DNA from: Eledone cirrhosa
Lineage: Eukaryota
Direction: 5' to 3'
Length of the DNA: 64,000 nucleotides
NCBI GenBank assembly: GCA_964016885.1
Contig: OZ024742.1
Coordinates: 322,586,001 to 322,650,000, forward strand
Below, one piece after another: positions 28,538-43,680 of the stretch. The notes beneath the pieces are model-generated. The model worked only from the letters and a program-made list of their open reading frames with translations, was not told the origin of the DNA and did no database searches. The number at the start of each line of letters is the position of its first letter. Positions within the stretch are counted from its first letter, which is position 1. Both the position numbers and the translations under genes were made by a program.

Positions 28538-29294
28538 TAAATATGATAGCAAAAGGATTAAAGATGGTTGAGTTTAATTTAGAGAAATTTGGCTTTTATT
28601 TCTAGCATATTTAGTAACCACGCAGAGGCTCTCATTGGCTCTATTTTTGTAATTTGGTCTTATCATCATCATGCATTTAGGTCAGCTCTCTGGTTTGAGT
28701 ATAACTTCTTCCTTTCCTCTTACCAATGGCAGAGATCCTGGAATGAGTCATGATCAAAGCTTTTCCTTCTCTGACTAAGCTATTGAAAAAAAAAACAGCA
28801 GAAAATTCAATTTACTGTTACTACATACCTCCGAGGAAATATCTATGTTGTCAGTTTGATCTGATATCCCAACCATGACCATTCCATCTTTTTGTATATA
28901 TATATAGAACTATAATTTCTAATGTGTCCTTTTTTATATAACTGTTGGATGTGGTATTCTTTGCAGGTTGAACAGCCACATAGGTATTAGAAATAACAGC
29001 CAAATCTTCCCTTAAACCACATGTTATCGTCTTAAAAATCACATTGGATAATATAGTCCTGGACATACTCTGCCTTCGACAAAGTTTGAGAGGGTCAAGG
29101 CTGGAATGTCATTGATCATAGGTTTACTTGTTCAAAACAGGTCTGAGGCCAAACAAGAAATCCTTTTATGAAAATTGACTTTGTATTTAAGTCTGGAAAA
29201 AATTTTTTTATCCTCATGATATGTATGCTGGGCCTCTATCAGTTTCAACTATAAATGTTCTTCTAGAACAGTGCTTTGGAAAGTAGTGTGCTGG

Positions 29295-29530
29295 TGGATG
29301 AGTATTCCACAGATACGCATACACTTAACACAATTCTCAGGGAGATTCAGCATGACACTGTATGTAACAAGGCTGGCTCTTTGAACTACAGGTACAACTC
29401 ATTTTTGCTAGCTGAGTGAACTGGAGCAGCATGACATAAAGTGTCTTGCTCAAGGACACAATGTACTCCAAGGAATCATAATTACAACCATATGATCATG
29501 AGCTAAACATCTCCAACCACTGTCACATAC
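29295..29530 (-). mobile_element. SINE sharing the family B head and core but with a different 3' region
   Basis: gctgagtgaactggagcagc...aagtgtcttgctcaaggacac core joined to aattctcagggagattcagcatgacac; similar copies near 54810-55080 and 12510-12760. Confidence 0.7.
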
Positions 29531-29626
29531 CTTACATACACATACATTACTGCCAATGTTTTTGCTGTGTTTTTGTTGATATTGTTGTAGTGACTGTGTT
29601 TATATGTTTGTCTGTTTATATTTCAG

Positions 29627-29747
29627 CATATCAATCGATGCACGATGTACCAGAGTCAGAGACAACGGAAGAAGTTGAGCCCACAAACCAGCGTGTTGTA
29701 CATATTAATACTTCCCAACCGGTGAAATACTGCTCCAATAAAATAAG
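29627..29747 (+). CDS. ATP8A1: ATP8A-like flippase coding exon (121 nt): (x)YQSMHDVPESETTEEVEPTNQRVVHINTSQPVKYCSNKI(S)
   Basis: Acceptor tttatatttcag|ca and donor ag|gtatgc. The R.V.IN...KYC.N.IS motif is typical of P4-ATPase N-termini. The phase-2 end ag plus c of the next exon gives Ser. Confidence 0.88.
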
Positions 29748-30062
29748 GTATGCAGCATTTTAGACCTTGATTATTCTCTTTTATTATAATTTTTTTTATC
29801 AGGCATGACTGTGTAGAGAACATTCTTCATGCAGGTATGGGCTGAATGGGTCATCGCAGTCTGAGACAAGACATGCTTATATGATCCCTATTTTAGCATG
29901 GTTTCAGGAATGGCAATGGGGTTAGAAATTGGCTTTACAACCAGGGGATTGTGAGTTTGCTCCATTTGAGCATTATCTTTGGCAAGTATCTTTTATTGTG
30001 GCCTTTGATTGACCAATGCCTTGAGTGAAATTTGGTAGATGGAAATTGTGCAGAAGCTTGTC

Positions 30063-30096
<34 letters not shown>

Positions 30097-30514
30097 TGCT
30101 ATTGATTTTGTGCTCATTGTCATTCTTCCATGGGATGTTTAACAGCAGGATGTTTTACCTGATGCTAATCTTTTCAAATATCCATATGACATGAAAGGAT
30201 AGGTGTATCTATTTCAAAAACTGGGATCAACATTATCATTATTTTATTTCCATTTCCCATGCTGGTATATTTTAGACTGGTTCTTGGTTATGAGACTAGA
30301 CAGGTCAGATGAATACGTCTTTTTCATACCTTCTATTTTGACATGGTTTCTGTAGCTGGATGCCCTTTCTAACACCAATTACTTCACAATGTGTAATAGA
30401 TGCATTTTATCATAGCACCAACACTTAACAAAAGGGTTTGGGTGCATTTTTTCATGGCATTGGTACTTGGAAAACCAAAATCTGGCCATAAGGTTGCTGA
30501 TACAGCAATTTTAC

Positions 30515-30720
30515 TGACACATTGACTCTACAAATAGCTTAACGGATCTTTTTTGACACAATTACACTATACACAGCTCAACTGATCTTTTCTCACACAT
30601 TGACACCATATATGACTCAGTTGATCTTTTTTAACACTTTGTCTCCACAAATAGCTCAAGTGGTCTTTTCTCACACATTGACACCATATAAAAGCTCAAC
30701 TGATCTTTTCTGATACACTG
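30515..30720. repeat. Degenerate ~40-bp tandem repeat, about 5 copies
   Basis: Recurring cacattgacaccatat..agctcaactgatctttt. Confidence 0.7.
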
Positions 30721-31499
30721 CCATCTGTCCCCTGGTTGGCTTTAGCAAAGTTTATTTTGTTGCAAGCATTTGGACCAGATATCTGATTTGAGAATACTCC
30801 TTCCTCCCTAACCTCACATTTGTGAGGTCCTATAAAGGGCCATGCAACTAACTACTTTTCCTCACTAATCAGTAAAATAATAAAAAACATAGTAACAGAG
30901 AAAGATCAATAATTTGTGTTGCTATATATGTCCCCCACTGCTTTTTTTTTTCGCATGATTTGGAAGAAAGCATGTTTTTGTGGAGAAATGAGTTTTTAAA
31001 CTTAATTGAAAATTTTACATTCACTTTCCTTGCTGACTTACATTGGTTAGGTCATCACGTTTCGAGACTAGACAAGTTGGATGACCTCCCTAGTGTGAAC
31101 CGATTACAGAGTGTACTGGGTGCATTTTATCATGGCACCCTCACTGCCACTTAGTGTTCTGGGTGCATGTTATCGAGGCATCAGTACTAACACTTTACAA
31201 AGTAGACTGAGTGCATGTTATCATGGAATGAGTATGTTGTCATTTTCTCAGCAAGACTGAAGAGCCTTATCAGTAGTCACATTTCAGCAGAACCATAGAA
31301 GATTTCTTATTGACTGACATTTATGTAGAAGTCATCACTAAACATGACTGTGACTGCTGCAGCAGGTGACAAGAATAAATAAAGATAAGGTTGATGCATC
31401 TTTCTTTAAGAGAAAGATAGGAGATACTTGTTGCTGTAAGTTAATTAACATTTTGTAATAATTCCTTTTATTTCATTAATGCAGTCAATAACAGGCCAC

Positions 31500-34400
31500 A
31501 TCCTCCTCACCACTATTACCTCTGCCACCTCCACTACCACAGCCTCCTCACCACTGTTTCCTCTACCACTGCTACCTCCACTACCACAGTCTCCTCACTA
31601 TTACCTCTACCATCACAACCATCGTCACTTCCATCACTACTATTACCTTTACCATCACAACCACCACCACTACCATCACAACCACCACTGCCATCACAAC
31701 TACCACCACCACTGCCATCACAACTACCACCACTACTGCCACCACTACTGCCATCACAACTACCACCACTACTGCCATCACAACCACCACCACCACTGCC
31801 ATCACAACTACCACCACCACTGCCATCACAACTACCACCACTACTGCCACCACTACTGCCATCACAACTACCACCACTACTGCCATCACAACCACCATCA
31901 CAACCACCACCACTACTGCCATCACAACCACCACCACTACTGCCATCACAACCACCACCACCACTGCCATCAGAACTACCACCACCACTGCCATCACAAC
32001 AGCCACATTCACTACCACTACCATCACAACCACTACCACTGCCATCACAACTACAACACAACTACCACTACAACTACCACCACCACTGCCATCACAACCA
32101 CCACCACCACCACTGCCATCAGAACTACCACGACCACCACTGCCATCAGAACTACCACCACCACTGCCATCACAACTACCACCATCACTGCCATCACAAC
32201 CACCACCACCACTGCCATCACAACCACCACCACCACTGCCATCAGAACTACTACCACCACTGCCATCAGAACTACCACCACCACTGCCATCACAACAGCC
32301 ACCATCACTACCACTACCATCACAACCACCACCACTGCCATCACAACTACCACCACAACTACCACCACAACTACCATCACAACTACCACCACAACTACCA
32401 CCACCACTGCCATCACAACAACCACCACAACTACCACCACCACTGCCATCACAACAACCACCACAACTACCACAACCACTGCCATCACAACAACCACCAC
32501 CATTGCCATCACAACAACCACCACCACTGCCATCACCACCTCCACTGCCATCACAACTACCACCAACACTGCCATCACAACTACCACCACCACTGCCATC
32601 ACAACAATCACCACCACTGCCATCACCACCACTACTGCTAGCACAACTACCACCACCACTGCCATCACAACCACCACCACCACTGCCATCACAACCACCA
32701 CCACCACTGCCATCACCACCACTACTGCTAGCACAACTACCACCACCACTGCCATCACAACTACCACCACCACTGCCATCACAACCACCACCACCACTAC
32801 CATCACAACCACCACCACCACTGCCATCACAACCACCACCACCACTGCCATCACAACCACCACCACCATTGCCATCACAACCACCACCACTGTCACCACA
32901 ACTACCACCTCCACTGCCATCACAACTACCACCACCACTGTCACCACAACTACCACCACCACTGCCATCACAACCACACCACCACTGCCATCACAACCAC
33001 ACCACCACTGCCATCACAACCACCACCACCACTGCCATCACAACCACCACCACCACTGCCATCACAACCACCACCACTGTCACCACAACTACCACCACCA
33101 CTGCCATCACAACTACCACCTCCACTGCCATCACAACTACCACCTCCACTGCCATCACAACTACCACCTCCACTGCCATCACAACTACCACCTCCACTGC
33201 CATCACAACTACCACCTCCACTGCCATCACAACCACCACCACCACCACCACTGCCATCACAACCACCACCACCACCACCACTGCCATCACAACCACCACC
33301 ACCACTACCATCACAACAACCACCACCACTGCCATCACCACCACTACTGCCATCACAACTACCACCACCACTGCCATCACAACTACCACCACCACTGCCA
33401 TCACAACCACCACCACCAGTGCCATCACAACTACCACAACCACTGCCATCTCAACCACCACCACCACTGCCATCACAACCACCACCGCCACTGCCATCAC
33501 AACTACCACCACCACTGCCATCAATACCACCACCACCACTGCCATCAATACCACCACCACCACTGCCATCACAACCACCACCACCAGTGCCATCACAACC
33601 ACCACCACCACTACCATCACAACAGCCACCTCCACTGCCATCACAACTACCACCTCCACTGCCATCACAACTACCACCACCACTGCCATCACAACCACCA
33701 CCACCACTGCCATCACAACCACCACCACTACTGCCATCACCACCTCCACTGCTGCCATCACAACTACCACCACCACTGCCATCACAACTACCACCACCAC
33801 TGCCATCACAACTACCACCACCACTGCCATCACAACCACCACCACCACTGCCATCACAACAGCCACCTCCACTGCCATCACAACTACCACCTCCACTGCC
33901 ATCACAACTACCACCTCCACTGCCATCACAACTACCACCACCACTGCCATCACAACCACCACCACCACTGCCATCACAACTACCACCACCACTGACATCA
34001 ATACCACCACCACCACTGCCATCACAACCACCACCACCACTGCCATCACAACTACCACCACCACTGCCATCAATACCACCACCACCACCACTGCCATCAC
34101 AACTACCACCACCACTGCCATCACAACTACCACCACTACTGCCACCACTACTGCCATCACAACTACCACCACTACTGCCATCACAACCACCACCACTACT
34201 GCCATCACAACCACCACCACTACTGCCATCACAACCACCACCACCACTGCCATCAGAACTACCACCACCACTGCCATCACAACAGCCACATTCACTACCA
34301 CTACCATCACAACCACTACCACTGCCATCACAACTACAACACAACTACCACTACAACTACCACCACCACTGCCATCACAACCACCACCACCACCACTGCC

Positions 34401-37400
34401 ATCAGAACTACCACGACCACCACTGCCATCAGAACTACCACCACCACTGCCATCACAACTACCACCACCACTGCCATCACAACCACCACCACCACTGCCA
34501 TCAGAACTACTACCACCACTGCCATCAGAACTACCACCACCACTGCCATCACAACAGCCACCATCACTACCACTACCATCACAACCACCACCACTGCCAT
34601 CACAACTACCACCACAACTACCATCACAACTACCACCACAACTACCACCACCACTGCCATCACAACAACCACCACAACTACCACCACCACTGCCATCACA
34701 ACAACCACCACAACTACCACAACCACTGCCATCACAACAACCACCACCATTGCCATCACAACAACCACCACCACTGCCATCACCACCTCCACTGCCATCA
34801 CAACTACCACCAACACTGCCATCACAACTACCACCACCACTGCCATCACAACAATCACCACCACTGCCATCACCACCACTACTGCTAGCACAACTACCAC
34901 CACCACTGCCATCACAACCACCACCACCACTGCCATCACAACCACCACCACCACTGCCATCACCACCACTACTGCTAGCACAACTACCACCACCACTGCC
35001 ATCACAACTACCACCACCACTGCCATCACAACCACCACCACCACTACCATCACAACCACCACCACCACTGCCATCACAACCACCACCACCACTGCCATCA
35101 CAACCACCACCACTGCCATCACAACCACCACCACCACTACCATCACAACAACCACCACCACTGCCATCACAACCACCACCACCACTGCCATCACAACCAC
35201 CACCACTGCCATCACAACCACCACCACCACTACCATCACAACAACCACCACCACTGCCATCACCACCACTACTGCCATCACAACTACCACCACCACTGCC
35301 ATCACAACCACCACCACCACTGCCATCACAACTACCACCACCACTGCCATCACAACTACCACCACCACTGCCATCAGAACCACCACCACCACTGCCATCA
35401 CAACTACCACCACCACTGCCATCACAACTACCACCACCACTGCCATCAATACCACCACTGCCATCACAACCACCACCACTGCCATCACAACCACCACCAC
35501 TGCCATCACAACCACCACCACCACTATCATCACAATAGCCACCTCCACTGCCATCACAACTACCACCTCCACTGCCATCACAACTACCACCACCACTGCC
35601 ATCACAACTACCACCTCCACTGCCATCACAACCACCACCACCACTGCCATCACAACCACCACTACCATCACAACAACCACCACCACTGCCATCACCACCT
35701 CCACTGCTGCCATCACAACTACCACCACCACTGCCATCACAACTACCACCACCACTGCCATCACAACTACCACCACCACTACCATCACAACCACCACCAC
35801 CACTGCCATCACAACTACCACCACCACTGCCATCAATACCACCACCACCACTGCCATCACAACCACCACCACCACTGCCATCACAACCACCACCACTGCC
35901 ATCACAACCACCACCACCACTACCATCACAACAACCACCACCACTGCCATCACCACCACCACCACTGCCATCAATACCACCACCACCACTGCCATCACAA
36001 CCACACCACCACTGCCATCACAACCACCACCACCACTGCCATCACAACCACCACCACCACCACCATTGCCATCACAACCACCACCACCATTGCCATCACA
36101 ACCACCACCACTGTCACCACAACTACCACCTCCACTGCCATCACAACTACCACCACCACTGTCACCACAACTACCACCACCACTGCCATCACAACCACAC
36201 CACCACTGCCATCACAACCACACCACCACTGCCATCACAACCACCACCACCACTGCCATCACAACCACCACCACCACTGCCATCACAACCACCACCACAA
36301 CTACCACCACCACTGCCATCACAACTACCACCTCCACTGCCATCACAACTACCACCTCCACTGCCATCACAACTACCACCTCCACTGCCATCACAACTAC
36401 CACCTCTACTGCCATCACAACTACCATCTCCACTGCCATCACAACCACCACCACCACCACCACTGCCATCACAACCACCACCACCACTACCATCACAACA
36501 ACCACCACCACTGCCATCACCACCACTACTGCCATCACAACTACCACCACCACTGCCATCACAACTACCACCACCACTGCCATCACAACCACCACCACCA
36601 GTGCCATCACAACTACCACAACCACTGCCATCTCAACCACCACCACCACTGCCATCACAACCACCACCGCCACTGCCATCACAACTACCACCACCACTGC
36701 CATCAATACCACCACCACCACTGCCATCAATACCACCACCACCACTGCCATCACAACCACCACCACCAGTGCCATCACAACCACCACCACCACCACCACC
36801 ACTACCATCACAACAGCCACCTCCACTGCCATCACAACTACCACCTCCACTGCCATCACAACTACCACCACCACTGCCATCACAACCACCACCACCACTG
36901 CCATCACAACCACCACCACTACTGCCATCACCACCTCCACTGCTGCCATCACAACTACCACCACCACTGCCATCACAACTACCACCACCACTGCCATCAC
37001 AACTACCACCACCACTGCCATCACAACCACCACCACCACTACCATCACAACAGCCACCTCCACTGCCATCACAACTACCACCTCCACTGCCATCACAACT
37101 ACCACCACCACTGCCATCACAACCACCACCACCACTGCCATCACAACTACCACCACCACTGCCATCAATACCACCACCACCACTGCCATCACAACCACCA
37201 CCACCACTGCCATCACAACTACCACCACCACTGCCATCAATACCACCACCACCACTGCCATCACAACTACCACCACCACTGCCATCTCAACCACCACCAC
37301 CAGTGCCATCACAACCACCACCACCACTACCATCACAACAGCCACCTCCACTGCCATCACAACTACCACCACCACTGCCATCACAACCACCACCACCACT

Positions 37401-39255
37401 GCCATCACAACAACCACCACCACTGCCATCACCACCTCCACTGCTGCCATCACAACTACCACCACCACTGCCATCACAACTACCACCACCACTGCCATCA
37501 CAACTACCACCACCACTGCCATCACAACCACCACCACCACTGCCATCACAACTACCACCACCACTGCCATCAATACCACCACCACCACTGCCATCACAAC
37601 CACCACCACCACTGCCATCACAGCCACCACCACCACAGCCATCACAACCACCACCACTGCCATCACAACCACCACCACCACTGCCATCACAACCACCACC
37701 ACCACTGCCATCACAACAACCACCACCACTGCCACCACCACCACTGCCATCACAACTACCACCACCACTGCCATCACAACTACCACCACCACTGCCATCA
37801 CAACCACCACCACCACTGCCATCACAACCACCACCACCATTGCCATCACAACCACCACCACTGTCACCACAACTACCACCTCCACTGCCATCACAACTAC
37901 CACCACCACTGTCACCACAACTACCACCACCACTGCCATCACAACCACACCACCACTGCCATCACAACCACCACCACCACTGCCATCACAACCACCACCA
38001 CCACTGCCATCACAACCACCACCACCATTGCCATCACAACCACCACCACTGTCACCACAACTACCACCTCCACTGCCATCACAACTACCACCTCCACTGC
38101 CATCACAACTACCACCTCCACTGCCATCACAACTACCACCTCCACTGCCATCACAACTACCACCTCCACTGCCATCACAACCACCACCACTGTCACCACA
38201 ACTACCACCACCACTGCCATCACAACTACCACCACTGTCACCACAACCACCACCACCACTGCCATCACAACCACCACCTCCACTGCCATCACAACAACCA
38301 CCTCCACTGCCATCACAACCACCACCACCATTGCCATCACAACCACCACCACTTCCATCACAACCACCACCACCACTGTCACCACAACTACCACCTCCAC
38401 TTCCATCACAACTACCACCTCCACTTCCATCACAACTACCACCTCCACTTCCATCACAACCACCACCACCATTGCCATCACAACCACCACCACTGCCATC
38501 ACAACTACCACCTCCACTGCCATCACAACAACCACCTCCACTGCCATCACAACTACCACCTCCACTGCCATCACAACAACCACCTCCACTGCCATCACAA
38601 CTACCACCACCACTGCCATCACAACTACCACCACCACTGCCATCTCAACTACCACCTCCACTTCCATCACAACTACCACCTCCACTTCCATCACAACTAC
38701 CACCTCCACTTCCATCACAACCACCACCACCATTGCCATCACAACCACCACCACTGTCACCACAACTACCACCTCCACTGCCATCACAACTACCACCTCC
38801 AATGCCATCACATCAACCACCACTGTCACCACCATCACAACTACCACCACTGTCACCACCATCACAACTACCACCACTGTCACCACCATCACCATCACAA
38901 CTGTCACAACCACCACCACTCTCACTACCATCACAACTACCACCACTGTCATCACCATCACAACTACCACCACTGTCACCACCATCACAACTACCACCAC
39001 TGTCACCACCATCACCATCACAACCACCACCACTCTCACTACCACCACAACCACCACCACTCTCACTACCATCACAACCACCACCACTCTCACTACCATC
39101 ACAACCACCACCACTCTCACTACCATCACAACCACCACCACTCTCACTACCATCACAACCACCACCACTCCATCACATCAACCACCACCACTCCATCACA
39201 TCAACCACCACCACCATCACAACTACCATCACTGTCACCTCCACCACCACCACTC
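31500..39255. repeat. 7.7-kb triplet-based minisatellite, about 24-bp unit (ccactgccatcacaac(c/t)accacca), with kb-scale internal duplications
   Basis: Direct reading; lies inside the 20.3-kb ATP8A intron. Confidence 0.97.
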
Positions 39256-42200
39256 ATGGCTCATTTTGAACCCCAAATGAATATAATACATTTATTTAAA
39301 AAAATTAAAAATCTATGCTGCAAAATGAAATGGAACTCTTCCTCCTACCTTATGTTAACTTTGGACTTGACAAAAATAAAATAAAACAAATCTAAATTAA
39401 ATTAAATTAAAACCTAACTGACATGGAAAACATTTAGTATTGAAATATATTTTTAAAAATTTTTAATATGTATTTTTTTATATTTATTACGAGAAAATAA
39501 AATTAAAAACAAAACAAACGAAAATGAGATTTAAATAAAAAAACAAAACACAAAAGAAAACAACACCAAACTATGACAGATTAGCAGCGTGTTATATCAG
39601 CAGGGTGTCAGGAAACCTAGCAAGTGCATTTTTGAACAAGCAACAGTGCAGTCATCAATTTCCTGTGCAGCTAGCGTTTCTAGAATCTTCTTCTGTTGCA
39701 TGCAAATATCGGTTCATTTGTCAATTTCCCCCACCCTCACATCTCATCTTCCCCTTCTTCATTTTCCTCTTCTCCAGCATCCTCATCAACCTTCAAGTTT
39801 TCTTTAACAGTTTTATAAACCATTAAACTCAGCTTTTCTTACAAAATACAATTCAACAATGAAAAGATACCAACAACAACTCTTAAAAATTTCTTGACAG
39901 CAACATCATTATGTGTCCACCTTCCATACTGATATGGATTGGATTGGTTGTCACAGAGATTAGACTGGTTGGTGAACCACATCTTGCTCATACATTCTAT
40001 ATTTGGTATGGTTTCTTTTGCTGGACACCCTTTTCCTAATGACAAAATAGCCCTTAATTAAAGCATTTAAAAGCTATTTCTCCTGTTAAAATGGGAGTGA
40101 AATTTACAAACTTCATGATAGACTTCATACACATCGTGGGCTCCTTTTCAAGGCAATGTTTGACAGCCAGATGCCCTTGCTTGCACCCTCATCTCATCCC
40201 CCTTCTACTCCAGCCTCCTTATCATCCTTTGACTTTTCTATAACCGTTTTATATAAACCATTAATTTCAGTTTTCTTACAGTATACAATTCAACAGTAAA
40301 AGCTAACGGTGACAACAGCAATACTAACTTGCAAATTTCTCACCAACTCACACATCGTCATTATTTTTCAACTACTTTTCATATTGGCATTGGTTGGGCG
40401 GGTTGCCATAGTCTGAAACAAGATAGGTCAGGGTGACCTCATCTACTCACACATTTCATATTTGACATGGTTTCTCTATTTGGATGCCTTTCCTAATGAC
40501 AACCACCTTACAGTGTGTCCTGGGTGCATTTTTATGTGGCACCAACTTTACCACTTTACAGATTGCATTGAGTCCTTTTTCTCATTGTACCAGTACTACC
40601 ACATTGCAGAGTGTTCTAAATATTTTTTCTCATGGCACCAACACTAGGGAGATGGATATGTGTTCATCCAAGGTATGAACAGTTCTCTCAAACCCTATAT
40701 TGCTTCCATTTGATTGCCAACACTATATCTTCCAGTCTCTCAGCACATTTAGTTTTGGAGCCATAGTGTCTTGCTCAAGGACACAGTGGGCCACCAGAAA
40801 TCAAATTCAGAATTTTGCAAGCATGAGCCAAATACCCTAACCACTAAGCCATGCACTTTCACTTTCAGTATAATAGAAAACCAACAAAATACTGCACCCA
40901 CTCAATGTGCACACAGCTGCACTGAATTGTGCAGTGGAATTATATAATAAATGCCAATAAATGCTATATATCTTTGCTAGCTCTAAATGGTGAAATTACT
41001 CTTGTAATGCAACAGGCCAGTTTTCAGAGAATTATCATCAATTTAGCATGAGCACACGTTTCTGCTAGAAGATAAATTTTGTTGAAGAAAGACAGATAAT
41101 TGGTATAAATGATCCCCTGTTATGGTGGCAAATTGGCAGTTATCTTTCTGTTATATTTGGAAAGCTTTAGAATGATCCTCCTCCAACTGACATGGGCATC
41201 CACTCCCCTGAAGACCTCCTTCTTGGTCTAGAAACACTGTGGGATCAATAGAAAGTACTCAGCCACATGAGTACAAGAATAGAAATGATCAAAAGCTGCT
41301 TTGGTTAGATGTGGCTACAGAACTGCCCCAGCTGCCTGTAAATTTAAAGTAAACCAGCCTATAAAGTTTATTACTCTGCTAGCCAACCCATGCAGCTCAA
41401 AATACCTTGTAGACTTCTATGAAAAGGCAAAGGGCTTTAAAGTGATAGAAAGCTGTTATATGATAACTGTGCTAGCTTTGAAGAAATTCCAAGAAGAATT
41501 GACAGTCTTTAGAGCATCCAATTTAAAGGCTAAGATATAGTACCAGAATGTACTGGTTACATTTTATCATAGCACAAGCACTAGAGAGGTTGTCAAGTCC
41601 TCAAGAAGCTTAAAGAGTCCTCTAGTTTGCAGTGTTTTTGTTCAATTATCAACCACTTACAGACAGTACTGAATGTATTTTATCATGGTACCTACACTAG
41701 AGGGGCTGTTATATCCTCTCTACCTACATTATCTCTTTTCGATTGTTAACCACTTTACAGGGTGTACTTTGTATATTTTAACATGGCCTTAACACTAGAG
41801 GTTGTCCTTAACAATCAACCTTAGTTGGTAATATTTTCTTCAGTAGTAGTAGTAGTTGTTTCAATAGATATTTGGGTTTGTTCCTGTACAATTTACAATA
41901 GCATGATAGGTATTGACTGATTATTTCCTTTATATGTTGGTTACTGTCGAGATCTCCAATGTTCACAGTCCCTGGACTGTCATTTTCCTCCTCCAAATCA
42001 CAATGAGGGCATTACACCTGAAGAAGGAGCTTCACAGGATGGGATGACTGATGCAGTGTGTTTCATTGGCTGTTCTCTGCAGCTAAGATATACCATCTAG
42101 TTAGGGGTGTAAAGCTTGCTCCATAAGGTAGTGTGGCTGATGCAGTGCGTCTTGTTGGCTGTTCTCCATGACAAAGCTTTCACAGGGCACAGCTGACATA

Positions 42201-43339
42201 TATTGTCCAGCCATGGGTGCAAAGTTCTCTTCCTTTCCATTTCTCTGCATTTTTTTTCTGTTAAATTCACTTTACATTTATCATTTATTTCTTGGTGTCA
42301 AAATTTTCATTGAATTGTTTCTGACTTGGTCAATGATATCCTTCCAGTGCAATGAAAATTTTGATGCCAAGAAATAAATGATAAATGTAAAGTCAAGTTA
42401 ACTTATTTGGGCTGATTTTTAATGGCTAAAATGACTTTTTCTACAATGTAATTGCTTCAGTTTCAACACATGGTCTCAGATCAAGTCACTTGCCAGACAA
42501 TTACAATTCCAAGATATTAGGAACATATCTCTGGAGTAACAGATGAAATTCTACATTATGAACCATTAAATTGTCAGTTCCATTCAAAGGTGTGAACTAT
42601 TTCCAAGTAATTGGACCTAATTAGACCATAATGAAATTCTGATAATAAAAACATAGACTGCCAATTAAATTTACTGCTGTTTAAGGTATCCCCCCCCCCC
42701 TCTTTTACTCATCCAGCCTCTCTCCCTTTCTCACACATGCACACACATTCTTCTCTCTCTGACACACACACACACATTCATTCTTCTCCCCCTCTCTCAC
42801 ACACATGCAGTCTTCCCCCTCTTTGACACACATACACACACTCTTCTCTTTCTGTCTCTCACTCTATCTTCAGTGTTTTCTTCATTCAGTCACTCAACCA
42901 TTCACTCTACAAAATCTATAAACTATGTTAATTTCCTTGTTGATTTTTTACAATTTTTTTTCATGGTGAATTGATTTCTGAAACAACAATACACTAATCA
43001 TTTATTTTATTTATCACAAATACCCAAGAAGCTGGGGCCAATACAACTACAAATAAAACAACGCAGAGTGGGATTTTTAAAGGGAATAATACTAGTAATT
43101 GTTTCTACTTTTGGTACAAGGCCAGCAATTACCCAGTGTATTACTGGTACTTTATTTTATCAACCCCGTAAGGATGAAAGGCAAAGTTAACCTCGGTGGG
43201 CTAATAATGATTTCTGATTTGGGCACAAGGCAAACAATTTTGGGAGGAAGGAAAGTCGATTAAATTGATCCCAATGCGTTACTGGCATGTGTCCCTTCTA
43301 CAAAAAGTGAAAGAGAAAACACTCCAGTGCAGCCAAATG

Positions 43340-43680
43340 TGGACCAGGACAAGACATGACAGTCAGTCTGTAGTAAATGATGGATGTAATATACACGTTT
43401 GCCATCTCTGCTTGACCATTCAGGGATAGCTTCCTCTCAGCTCATTTCTGGTTATTACCTCGTCCCAGTTTGTCTGGCCAAATCAGACCCTTAGCAATTT
43501 AACCAGTATCTGTCCAGCATGCAGCAATGCTATTGGCTGGCATGGACTTGCCTCTCCAGGTGCCAAGTTGCAGGCCCACCAACTTTTCTTTGTTAATTTT
43601 TGCTCTTGTTATCGCATTGTATTTCCCAAGGTCGGTACCAATCAATTCAATAAGTTTGCTGCTCAACACCATTACTATAA
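43340..43680 (-). mobile_element. Decayed L1/Tx1-clade LINE reverse transcriptase fragment
   Basis: The minus strand gives KYNAITRAKINKEKLVGLQLGTWRGKSMPANS and, after disruptions, ERKLSLNGQAEMANVYITSIIYYRLTVMSCP. These match the GAKIN..KS and R.LSL.G motifs of the L1/Tx1 RT C-terminus. Confidence 0.75.

Noticed and set aside
31479-39384. Long ORFs (up to 1067 aa) resembling mucins or His-rich proteins
   Set aside because: They are open in several frames and on both strands because the repeat is triplet-based. There is no signal peptide or splice evidence, and the flanking ATP8A exons join in phase without them.
41190-41540. Complex, coding-looking segment with a 79-aa ORF
   Set aside because: No recognisable motif or splice context. 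It may be a decayed transposon ORF but cannot be assigned without a search.
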